A DNA stretch of 64,000 bases from Candidatus Bathyarchaeota archaeon. Its GTDB lineage: Archaea; Thermoproteota; Bathyarchaeia; Bathyarchaeales; Bathycorpusculaceae. Below the pieces are notes generated by a model. It saw only the letters and a program-made list of their open reading frames with translations. It was not told the DNA's origin and made no database searches. Below, piece by piece: positions 55,034 to 64,000 of the stretch (positions are counted from its first letter, which is position 1; every line of letters begins with the position of its first letter). The position numbers and the translations under genes are program-made. The DNA lies in assembly GCA_963775895.1 (NCBI GenBank), contig CAVZKL010000011.1:50873-114872 (forward strand), given 5' to 3'.

Positions 55034-56125
55034 TCAACGTTTTACTTCTTCGAGGCCTGGTCCACGATCACGCGTTAAGAACATAGTCATGCATCTTATT
55101 CCGTTGGTACCTCCTTTTGTTAACCCCGTGTTTTCGACTTCTATTACGTCGATGCCTTGTTTGCGCAGGGCGGCGTTCGTTATTTTCGCTCCTGCGGGCA
55201 TTATCACTTTGCCGGGCTCCAACACGACGTTGTTGGCAGGAACGTATTTTTTCTGCTCGTCAGGAGGTATCTCTATCAGTGTGAAACCCTTTTCCTTCAA
55301 CCACGCGTACGTCTGGTAGTCTAGGCATCCGGGATACACGACAGCGATGCCTGTATCCACGGTTCCTGCAACCATGTCTAGGTGAAATTCTCCTCCGGAT
55401 TCAAAGCTGTCCATAATTGTTTGAAGGTAGACCAAATGATAGTCTTTGAGACCGCATCTCTGAAGAACGGGAAGAATCTGGTTGAGGCCTTCTTGGTTTC
55501 CTGCGCATGATTGATGAATCAGCAGAGCATCCTCGGCGATTGGTACTAGACCTGGACCCGTCTCGAAGATTCCATTGCCACAGACCATCAAGAGAATCGG
55601 GCAACCTATGCTTGCCAAGAATTTTTCAAAATGTGGTTCCAGCCCACGCTTATAGGAGGCGTGCCCATATCTGGACATTATTGCGCCTCCGTTGGTCACA
55701 AATACTTCGCAGGCCATGTAAAGCTTTCTCATCGGACCATAGGCACCCATTGGATCATCGATGTTCATCCAGTGGATATGAACGCCATTTTCCTTCAAGG
55801 TTTTCGCATAGGACTCGTGTTGAGATACTAATAGGTCTAGGGCTTTTTGATCTATTATGCCCTGCCTCATTAAGAAGAAGGTTGGGTCTTTAGCCCAGAG
55901 AGGGTTTGCTTCATGTTCGCTAGGCTTTATGAGGGCTACTTCTCGAAGTTTTCCAATGCCCTGTGCCCCCCATCGTTTGCCCCATATTCTCTCTAACTCA
56001 TCAGAATACGAAAATTTGTCTAGTTTTTCGACTCTTGGAGGCTTGCCAGGCTCATAGTCTGGGTAATTATCTAGAGGATAATCCTCAATTCTGCCTTTCC
56101 ACTCTTTTTTTGGATTCTGCAACAT
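55034..56125 (-). CDS. Amidinotransferase/dimethylargininase/arginine deiminase superfamily enzyme
   Basis: GKLREVAL, RGLE, FETG, HLD, C-terminal GIRCMT. Confidence 0.82.
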   Translation of the reverse strand: MLQNPKKEWKGRIEDYPLDNYPDYEPGKPPRVEKLDKFSYSDELERIWGKRWGAQGIGKLREVALIKPSEHEANPLWAKDPTFFLMRQGIIDQKALDLLVSQHESYAKTLKENGVHIHWMNIDDPMGAYGPMRKLYMACEVFVTNGGAIMSRYGHASYKRGLEPHFEKFLASIGCPILLMVCGNGIFETGPGLVPIAEDALLIHQSCAGNQEGLNQILPVLQRCGLKDYHLVYLQTIMDSFESGGEFHLDMVAGTVDTGIAVVYPGCLDYQTYAWLKEKGFTLIEIPPDEQKKYVPANNVVLEPGKVIMPAGAKITNAALRKQGIDVIEVENTGLTKGGTNGIRCMTMFLTRDRGPGLEEVKR

Positions 56126-56519
56126 TCAACACACCTCAGATTAAGAAATCTTGAAAAAAGGATATTTCTCGAAACCATCGCACTTGCCATCTCAGTCATT
56201 GATTTCGCGTGCGCTCGTGGATTATGGGTGCTATTCCTATCGATCGAATCATATATATAACTTTGGCACTTTTGAGGATTACTCGGCCGAGAATAACTAG
56301 ACCACGAGATGGTTTTGAAGCGCGCGCAAGGAGATTGGCCACGTTGCATTCAGATTACCATCCTAAGAAAGTAGTGTTAGTAGCTCTGAAGCGAAGATGC
56401 TTGCTTTCGAACAACTCCCAAATTCGATGCTTGGCAGTTCGCAAGGGATGCTAAACGGCCCAGCTTCCAAAATCAAAACGATTGAAAAAAAAGGAGTGAA
56501 AGTGATTTCACTTGCGTAC

Positions 56520-58157
56520 TTAGGCTGGTGGGACCATCTTGAAGTTCAAGTCGAGGTCTATTGCTTTTCTTCTGAGTTGGTAACGTCTGATGTAGTAGTA
56601 GATTATGCAAATGACGACCCAAGACCACATGACGACCAAGACTGGGACAGATGCTAAGCCGAGTGCAGGGGTTACGCTGTAATAGTAAAGTTGTAGGATC
56701 AAGAACGGAATGGCTATTGCGGCGATGACAGATATCAGTGTTCGCCATTTTGCAGCTGGTGAGGCTTTCCATATTTCTCTTGTGCTCTTGCGGAACGGAA
56801 AGACTAACCCAGCTACCATCGTCATGAGGTATGAAAACACAATGACGTACATTGATACCAAGATGTAGGGAGATATGTAGCTGTAGACGAACAGCACGAT
56901 TTCGACGCCTACAAACAGTATCCAATATGAATTGATAGGCGTCCCCGGCCACCTCTTGCTTATTCCAGATATCCATGCAGGCGTAATTCTGTCAAACGAC
57001 TGTGATACTAGCACTCTTGTACAAGATAACCACACGTTGACCATCAATTGGTAGCAGTTGAAGATTATCCCGATGAATACGAGAATGATGACTATAGGAT
57101 TAGTAGTTAGCATTGCTGCAAATGAGGTGTAAAATGGGAAAACCGTAGGAATGATGAAATTCCCATTGAAGAAACCGGCGCTGATCGCGTGCTGAAATTG
57201 ATAACCCACAACGTTGACAGAGGCCCAACCCACCAAAGCCATGTATATGCCGCAGAAGAACAAGCTTGCTAAGAGCACCCAACTCATGCGCTTGAGGTTA
57301 TCAGCGCCCTTGATTTCGCCAGCATTCAACGTGACTAACATTGGAAACGACAAAGACCACCAAGCCAAGGGGAGAATTCCGAAGGTACCGAACAAATTCA
57401 TGGACGGATTCGTCGCAAAGCCTGAAGATGTCGCTGTGTCGATCGCCTGTTGATAAGCATTTGTCATTCCAGGGTTGAAATTAAGCATGTGACTGTTGAA
57501 TGCACTAATGAATGAAGCGTTGTTACTAGTCAGAAATATGGCGAGTATTGTTATCCAGCTTGCCACAAGTCCAAAGAATAGTAACCACTGAATCTTTAGA
57601 AAGCGTTTCAGGCCAGGAAGAAGCAAGAGGAAAACACTCACATTCAGAATAGTTCCGACCGCTATGATTCCGGTGTTAGTATTCAGCCAATTTGCCAAGT
57701 CAAGCAAGGCGGGAATTTTGAGTGAGGTGCTGAGGAAAAGGAACATCGGGCTGAGACCCATTTGGTTGAGCACAACGGCCCCCTCGGCTCCCCAGTAGAA
57801 ACCCACAAGAGGCCAAGCAACGAAGGTGACAGCAAAGCCGAGAGCAGGATGAATCAATCGGCTCTGCCACACGTATTCGCCGCCGCTGCGGGGCATGGAA
57901 GAGGTCAACATCGCGTAGACAATAATCATGGCTGAACCCCAGATGGTGGTTATGAGTATGCCAACTGGGACATTGGCTCCTGGCCACGCGAAGGGGCCTT
58001 GGATGTAGACCCACATGCCCGTCGTCATTACAACCATTGCCAGAACGCTGTACATGAAGACGTCCCAAGTGCTAAAAACCCTCACGAGTCCGGATGCAGT
58101 TCTAACGAAAGTCTTTGATGCTTCTGGACGCGTAGTTTCGTCCTTGTTTTTTGACAT
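56520..58157 (-). CDS. APC-superfamily amino acid permease (copy 2)
   Basis: FVRTASGLVR, MPRSGGEY, AGEIK, SFDR; ends VPPA. Confidence 0.92.
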   Translation of the reverse strand: MSKNKDETTRPEASKTFVRTASGLVRVFSTWDVFMYSVLAMVVMTTGMWVYIQGPFAWPGANVPVGILITTIWGSAMIIVYAMLTSSMPRSGGEYVWQSRLIHPALGFAVTFVAWPLVGFYWGAEGAVVLNQMGLSPMFLFLSTSLKIPALLDLANWLNTNTGIIAVGTILNVSVFLLLLPGLKRFLKIQWLLFFGLVASWITILAIFLTSNNASFISAFNSHMLNFNPGMTNAYQQAIDTATSSGFATNPSMNLFGTFGILPLAWWSLSFPMLVTLNAGEIKGADNLKRMSWVLLASLFFCGIYMALVGWASVNVVGYQFQHAISAGFFNGNFIIPTVFPFYTSFAAMLTTNPIVIILVFIGIIFNCYQLMVNVWLSCTRVLVSQSFDRITPAWISGISKRWPGTPINSYWILFVGVEIVLFVYSYISPYILVSMYVIVFSYLMTMVAGLVFPFRKSTREIWKASPAAKWRTLISVIAAIAIPFLILQLYYYSVTPALGLASVPVLVVMWSWVVICIIYYYIRRYQLRRKAIDLDLNFKMVPPA

Positions 58158-58427
58158 TTTGGTTTTTCCTTCCTTCTTTGACTATTTGTTTATTTGTCGA
58201 TTTGTTTAAAAGACTTGCCATGGTGATAGGTTTTGAAGGTTTCGCGTTGAACGAATATTCACGATTGCACATCAGCAATGTGATAATTCATGCATGGCCT
58301 TGATCTATAGGCTCGAGCAGTTGCTCCGATTTTGAATATTCCGAAACGTTTATTTTAATCAGCAATCAAGTTCATCTAACTTTCGTTATCCGAACCTGAA
58401 GGTGGAAACATAAAAAGCGAGACACTT

Positions 58428-59171
58428 ATGGGTGAAGCTTCGGTCATTCTTGAGGACGCTAAGAAAAAGGGTGTCGAGCTTAGGTTGATGGGCGCTCTCG
58501 CTGTTCGCACACACTGTCCCAGATTCTCGTTCGTACAGGACGGTCTTAAGAGAGAGCTTTCTGATATTGATTTCATGGCTTATCGCAAGCAGTTTCAGAA
58601 GATCAACGAATTTTTCCAGGAAATAGGTTATTCCGCTCCAGATTTAGCTCTCCAATACATCCATGCTGGAAACAGACTTTTCTTCTATAGCAAGACCAAC
58701 GATATCAAAGTTGATATCTTCTTAGACAAACTCGAAATGTGTCATACTATCGATTTCAGAAAAAGATTGGAGCACGATTACCCTACGATAACTTTGGCCG
58801 ACGTCGTGTTGGAAAAATTGCAGATCGTGAAAATCAACGAAAAAGACCTGATTGACACGACTATTCTCCTAAGAGAACACAACATTGGAGAAGACGAATC
58901 AGAGACAGTTGATTCCAAATATATCTCTAGAATTCTGGCCAACGATTGGGGCTTCTATTACACAGCGACAGTCAACCTGAAGAAGATCAAAGACTTTGCA
59001 GGACAATGTAAGGTAATGTCAAACGAAGACTGCAGAGACGTCGTATCGAAGATTGACAACTTGCTTGCCATCATCGAAAAAGAACCCAAATCCATCGGTT
59101 GGAAAGTGCGCAGCAAGATTGGAACTAGTAAGAAATGGTACAATGAAGTCGAAGAGCCGCCAAAATACTAG
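58428..59171 (+). CDS. Uncharacterised Pol-beta/DUF1814-like nucleotidyltransferase (paralog 3)
   Basis: LMGALA...RELSDIDF, VDIFLD, LEKLQ, KDLID, DWGFY, KSIGWKVRSKIG...WYNEVE. Confidence 0.75.
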   Translation: MGEASVILEDAKKKGVELRLMGALAVRTHCPRFSFVQDGLKRELSDIDFMAYRKQFQKINEFFQEIGYSAPDLALQYIHAGNRLFFYSKTNDIKVDIFLDKLEMCHTIDFRKRLEHDYPTITLADVVLEKLQIVKINEKDLIDTTILLREHNIGEDESETVDSKYISRILANDWGFYYTATVNLKKIKDFAGQCKVMSNEDCRDVVSKIDNLLAIIEKEPKSIGWKVRSKIGTSKKWYNEVEEPPKY

Positions 59172-59180
59172 ACCTGAGGG

Positions 59181-60179
59181 TTGATGAAGGACGTGATAGC
59201 GAAGATCTTCGGAAAAAAGGAAAAGAAAGCAAAGTCGTTCACTCGAGTTTTCTTTGCAACCGATGTTCACGGATCAGATAGAAGCTTCAGGAAATTTGTA
59301 GCCACTGGAGGGTTCTACAAGGCCGATGTGCTCATCATGGGGGGCGACATTACAGGCAAGGTGTGCGTACCGATCGTGGAGACTTCGCCCGGCAGATTTG
59401 AATTCGATTATCAAGACACCAAACATGTGGTTGACCGTGGTGAGCTTGAAGCATGGGAAAAGACTATCTCGGATAGTGGAGCGTATGTCTGGCGAACAGA
59501 CTCTAGAACGAGCGAAGAATTAAGTTCTAGTGCAGAGAAGAAAGAGGAACTTTTCACGCAATTGATGATTGAAAGGTTGAAGAGTTGGATTGAGATCGCT
59601 GAAAAGAACTTGAGGGGAACGGGGATTAGCTGCTACATGACAGGAGGCAATGATGACAAGTCTGAGGTTGTTGAAATTCTTAAGGACTCTGATTACATCG
59701 TTGACCCAGAAGGAAAAGTTGTCAGAATCGATGAACACCATGAAATGATCAGCACAGGTTACAGCAATCCGTCACCGTGGAAATGCCCAAGAGAGCTTCC
59801 TGAAGATGAGCTTTTTGTGAGGATCGATGAAATGGCCTCCAAAGTTGAAGACGTTAATAACTGTATCTTTAATCTCCACGCTCCGCCTCTTAGCTCAGGA
59901 CTTGACAACTGCCCTAGACTCGACACATCAGTTTTTCCGCCCAGACCCTTAGGAGGAGAATTTGCCTCGGCAGGCAGCACCGCAGTGCTCCAGAGCATCG
60001 AGAAGTATCAGCCACTGTTGGGACTTCATGGGCATATTCATGAATCAAGAGGAGCTGTAAAAATTCACAAATCTCTTTGCATAAATCCCGGAAGCGAGTA
60101 CAGCGAAGGCATCATCCGAGGAGCCATAATTAACCTTGCCGAAAAAGGCATATTGAGCTACCAACTTACATCTGGATAG
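59181..60179 (+). CDS. Calcineurin-like metallophosphoesterase, Icc-related (copy 2)
   Basis: DVHG, GGD, GNDD, LHAPP, HGHIHE, NPGSEY. Confidence 0.9.
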   Translation: MMKDVIAKIFGKKEKKAKSFTRVFFATDVHGSDRSFRKFVATGGFYKADVLIMGGDITGKVCVPIVETSPGRFEFDYQDTKHVVDRGELEAWEKTISDSGAYVWRTDSRTSEELSSSAEKKEELFTQLMIERLKSWIEIAEKNLRGTGISCYMTGGNDDKSEVVEILKDSDYIVDPEGKVVRIDEHHEMISTGYSNPSPWKCPRELPEDELFVRIDEMASKVEDVNNCIFNLHAPPLSSGLDNCPRLDTSVFPPRPLGGEFASAGSTAVLQSIEKYQPLLGLHGHIHESRGAVKIHKSLCINPGSEYSEGIIRGAIINLAEKGILSYQLTSG

Positions 60180-60416
60180 ATCTGGCAATTAAACCCTAGC
60201 CTATCCAGATATTGTTAACGAATTTGAATTGTCACAAAGTCCTTGCTCATACATTTGACGCAGAGGAGTTTACAAAACAGGAATTGATTCCATCCATTCC
60301 TATAATACGCGGTTAACTACAAAGTGAAAGCGCTGCGTGATCTTTTACGTTTGGAAAGCTACTAGGTCAAGAATTGTCCAGATCCTCTTTCGTGATAGTC
60401 CTTATTTATCTTCACC

Positions 60417-60430
60417 CCTGCGCGCGCAGG
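60417..60430. repeat. Intergenic perfect palindrome CCTGCGCGCGCAGG
   Basis: 14-bp perfect palindrome. Confidence 0.6.
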
Positions 60431-60669
60431 AGAGTGTTGGGAGGGCAAGCCCCAGGAGCCCAAAGCACAAGCAGGGTTCGAGCGGAGATTTCGTTGCAGT
60501 CAAAGCTTTCTGACAAGGCTTCGCCGGGGCTCCTGAGAAGTCAGCCAAAGCAGAGGCCTGATTTCGACGTGTCAGTGAAAACGGTTCTGCGGAATCCTTT
60601 GTGCGCACGTTAAGAAATAACCCATGTATGGCGTGCATGGATTAATTTTAAATATCTCATGCACCCACT

Positions 60670-62138
60670 TTGAGACCAAGCCGTCAAAAGGTGAAGTTGG
60701 AGCCTATGTTTGAATCAATAGTGAAGGAAAGGAAGAAGATGCGGGGGCGCACCCGTGATGAACTGCTTAAGACGATAGAAAAGGAGGCTCGAGGACCAAA
60801 ATCGAAAAGGATTTTGAAAAGGATTTTGGAGTGCGAGTCGCCTGCTCACATCTACTTTGAGGAGTTCGAGTGCCCACCGGTAATTGAAAAGGGCAAGGGG
60901 GCTGTTGTTTGGGACATTGACGGAAATGAATACATAGATTTATTCAGCGGTTTTTCGGTGCATAATGCTGGTCATTGTCATCCACAAGTCGTGGAAGCTA
61001 TTAAGAAACAGTGTGAAAAACTAGTTCAATATGCCGAATTGCCTAACGAACTTAGAACCGAGCTTGCTAGCAAATTGGTTAGATTAACGCCAGGTGGTAG
61101 TGACAAGAGAGTAAACTATTGCACAACAGGTGGTGAGGCCGTAGAAGTCGGTATGAAGCTAGCAAGATATTATACAGGGCGGCCGACGATTATTGCTTTT
61201 CATGGTGCCTATCATGGAAGGACCCAAGGTGCAATGAACGCTACTTGTAGCGCCTACTTGGAGAATTTTCAGGGATATCCATTGAAAACAGGGGTTGTGC
61301 ACGTACCATATGCTTATTGCTACAGGTGCATATTCAACAGAGAATATCCCGATTGTGGCATGGAATGCACTAGATTCATTGAGGAACTGTTCAAAAGTCC
61401 AAGATACGGACTTAGGTTTAGTGGCTCTGACTTTAGCGTCACTAATGTCAGCGCTATTATCGTAGAACCTATGTTGGGTCCAGGAGGCTATATTGTGCCG
61501 CCGCCAGAATTCATGAGAGATTTGAGAAGGATAGCAGACGATTATAACCTTCTACTCATCGCCGATGAGGTCCAAACCGGATGGGGTAAAACGGGCAAGT
61601 GGTGGGCGTGTGAACATTCTGGAGTTGTCCCTGACATCATGGTTATCGGTAAAGTAGTGGGAGGAGGAATTCCCCTGTCGGCGAGGCATCGTAGGGCGCA
61701 AATCCTTGATGAGTGGGGACCTTTTCGCACTCTACAACGTTCGGGGGCACCCCGTTGGCCGTGCAGCAGGCTTAGCCATCATCGATGTCTTCAAAAAAGA
61801 GAAATTGGTCGATCGAGCAGCTAGAATGGGAAAATATTTCCTTAAAGGACTTAACGACTTGGCGAGATGACCCTCAAGGCAATGTTGAGGGCAAGGGTTT
61901 GTTCATAGGTTTCGAGCTGGTGAAGGATCGTAAGACTAAGAAGCCAGCAGTTGATGAGCTGAAACTCTTGCACAAGGAGTGCTTCAAGAAAGGGGTACTC
62001 TGGGTAGCAGGCGGCGGATTCTACGGCAACAGAGGATACATCATCTCGCCTCTCGTCATAGAAAAAGAACAGATCGATCGAGTCATCGAGACATTTGACC
62101 AGGCGCTACGTTCTAGCAAACTTCTGGCCAAGAAATAA
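60670..62138 (+). CDS. Class III PLP aminotransferase; several frameshifts between ~61680 and ~61870
   Basis: GGEAVE, YHGRT, EPMLGPGG, DEVQTG, GKVVGGG; C-terminus GKGLFIGFELV...SPLVI. Confidence 0.88.
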
Positions 62139-62219
62139 ACATGATAGCCGCGGCGCAATTGGTCTAGGTGAGTCGTGCACATAGACTTAAAGCGCGCTAA
62201 AAAACAACTGCTAGCGCGC

Positions 62220-62715
62220 AACTACTTAAGCCGGCTTGTGCACGTTCAACCTCTTCAACTGGATTATACCACTTCTTTTTTGTACCAACTTCGCCCTGAG
62301 CTTCCACTGTAGTGACTTGGGCTCCCGTCTATACAGTTCAGAAGCTTGTCTACATTGTCTGAGGCTTTGGGACCAAGATCGCCCATTAATACTTCGTACT
62401 TTGACAAGAGATTTTTGACCTTAACAAGATTGGTCGTAGCCGTATGGTAGAACCCCCAGTCTTTGGCTAGTCTCTTCGATATGCGCTCCATGTCAATCGC
62501 TTCTTTGCCTCCTCTGTCGACTTCGGTGCTGCGAAGAGAAGGATCAGATCCTTCATGTCCTTCTCGTTAATTTGAACGATCTGCAATTTAGTTAAAACAA
62601 GCTCTGGTAAAGGAATAGTTGGACAATCGGCTCCCAGCCTACACCTAAAGTCAACTTCGTGATTCATGCTAAGTTTATCAAAGAAAACATCACTGTTGGG
62701 GGATTTCCCTGCAGG
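62220..62715 (-). pseudogene. 3' half of nucleotidyltransferase paralog 4, cut at the junction, several indels
   Basis: SDVFFDKLSMNHEVDF, LTKLQIVQINEKDMKD, DWGFYHTAT, KSLQWKLRAK, WYNPVE. Confidence 0.75.
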
Positions 62716-62983
62716 TCAAAATCGCGTCATCGCCCGCAAGCTCTGGACGGTTCCCAGTGGCGGAAACTTCATCACCCCCATCGCCGGCCCGTGCAGAATC
62801 ATCCAGGGCCGAGTGCGCAATGTGAACGACAAGCAGCTCGTCGTCAAAGCCGGCGCAACCGTAATCGTGGAATTGCCCCAGTCCGACAGCATCGATCTCA
62901 ACAACGGCCCAATCACCGTCGGCACGATGGTCAACATCACCGCCCTCCCCGGCGCTTCGATTGAATTTCCGTCGATTGTTTAG
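62716..62983 (+). CDS. 3' fragment of a hypothetical protein in the high-GC segment
   Basis: GC-rich third positions; RVIARKLWTVPSGGNFITPI...; N-terminus lost at the junction. Confidence 0.55.
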
Positions 62984-63048
62984 CCGCCGCGCTGCAGGGC
63001 GCGTCCCTCATCACGAATCGATCAGCTCAGTTCGATACCGGATCAGCA

Positions 63049-63237
63049 TCAGGCTCCCCGCGCCGCCAGCGCCACCAGATCGCTTCCCGTCCCGCCAGCG
63101 GAAGATTTCCCATTGATCAACTCGAACAGCGCGCAATTACCCAGGATCAGGCACGCCAGCACCAGAACGGAGATCGTGCCCACCAGAGTCAGCCGTGGCG
63201 CCAGATTCAGCAACAGGTCCTGCATCCTCGGATGCAT
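63049..63237 (-). CDS. Small hypothetical membrane protein
   Basis: 62 aa, one hydrophobic helix, high-GC codon use. Confidence 0.45.
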   Translation of the reverse strand: MHPRMQDLLLNLAPRLTLVGTISVLVLACLILGNCALFELINGKSSAGGTGSDLVALAARGA

Positions 63238-63293
63238 CGGCCCGCTCCAAGCGTGGACTTGAATCCCCCATCCTGCAATAATCCCCTCAACCC

Positions 63294-63899
63294 GTGGACC
63301 CGAAAAGCTACTTCAAGAACATCTTCGACACCGTGATCTCCGTCGCCATCGGCATGAAGATCACGATCAAGTACTGCTTCCAGAAGACCGTCACCGTCCG
63401 CTACCCGAGCCGCGCTTCAGCTCGCCCCGCGATACCGCGGAATCCACGAGTTCGAGGCCGACCGCTGCATCGCCTGCGACCAATGCGCCAAGGCCTGCCC
63501 CGTCGATTGCATCTACATCGATAAAACCGCCCCGCGACAAGATCGACAAAGCCACCGGCAAAGCCTCCGGCGGAGAACTCCTCGACTTCGCCATCGACTA
63601 CGGCAACATGCCTGTTCTGCACCTTTGCACCGAGCCGTGCCCGACCGACTGCATCCACATGGGCAAGCTGCACGATCTGTCGAGCTATTCGCGAGGACGT
63701 GGTGGTCGAATTCGCCGAGATCGACAAACAGAACCTCCGTACGCCGATCCCCTTGTGGCTCGAACGCAACAAGGACCACATCGGCTGGGTCAAGGAAGAA
63801 TACGACCGCATCAAGTCCGGGAAGTTCGCCACCACCGCCGCCGACATTCCCGACGTGAAGCAGCTCTTTTCCCCTCTCCCCGGGAGCGGGTCAAGGTGA
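63294..63899 (+). CDS. nuoI: NADH-quinone oxidoreductase subunit I (bacterial type), several frameshifts
   Basis: GMKITIKY...VTVRYP, RYRGIHEF, CIACDQCAKACPVDCI, second cluster C.FC..C.EPCPTDCI across frames. Confidence 0.85.
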
Positions 63900-64000
63900 G
63901 GGAGAATTCCATAGAACCCTCCCCTTTGCATGCACCTTCGCGAGACTTATCTTTCCTGCATGCCCGACGCCCACCTGCTCGGCGCTGCTGCACACGATTC

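Noticed and set aside
60421-60600. Glycine or SAM-I riboswitch, SRP or RNase P RNA
   Set aside because: Only fragments of the consensus are present (GCAGGAGAG, GAGGG..CCC); core motifs are missing. Kept only as an unnamed candidate.
62666-62983. Full-length ORF spanning the junction
   Set aside because: Its N-terminal codons are the antisense of the archaeal NTase fragment, so the ORF is chimeric.
516-63899. Many split genes as programmed frameshifts or mass pseudogenisation
   Set aside because: Single-base indels, several in homopolymers, hit housekeeping genes too (grpE, ackA) and the reading frames are otherwise intact; typical of long-read error.
1-64000. CRISPR arrays, IS elements, integrases, rRNA/tRNA
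   Set aside because: No regularly spaced repeats, transposase or recombinase motifs, or RNA gene signatures seen by eye.

Overview
Positions 1 to ~62,715 are archaeal DNA, most consistent with Bathyarchaeia (inference from gene content: grpE-dnaK, PDCD5-like protein, RACo, fwdA/B-like genes, ackA, group 4 [NiFe] hydrogenase, tungsten AOR). From ~62,715 to the end is an abruptly higher-GC, bacterial-looking segment with nuoI, probably a chimeric junction. About 17 genes carry single-base frameshifts, several in homopolymers, best explained as long-read indel errors. Most of the window is a catabolic region for amino acids and N-compounds with many divergent enzyme paralogs and no recognisable transcription factor. 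The best candidate for an undescribed system is a module present twice: an APC amino-acid permease transcribed divergently from a Pol-beta/DUF1814-like nucleotidyltransferase plus a calcineurin-like phosphoesterase, with four NTase paralogs in total. Also notable: a recurrent intergenic (GC)n palindrome, a 22-bp direct repeat bracketing an 11.6-kb block, and active-site-substituted FwdA/FwdB, Tfr-like and transcarbamylase enzymes. No rRNA, tRNA, CRISPR array, integrase or transposase was recognised.
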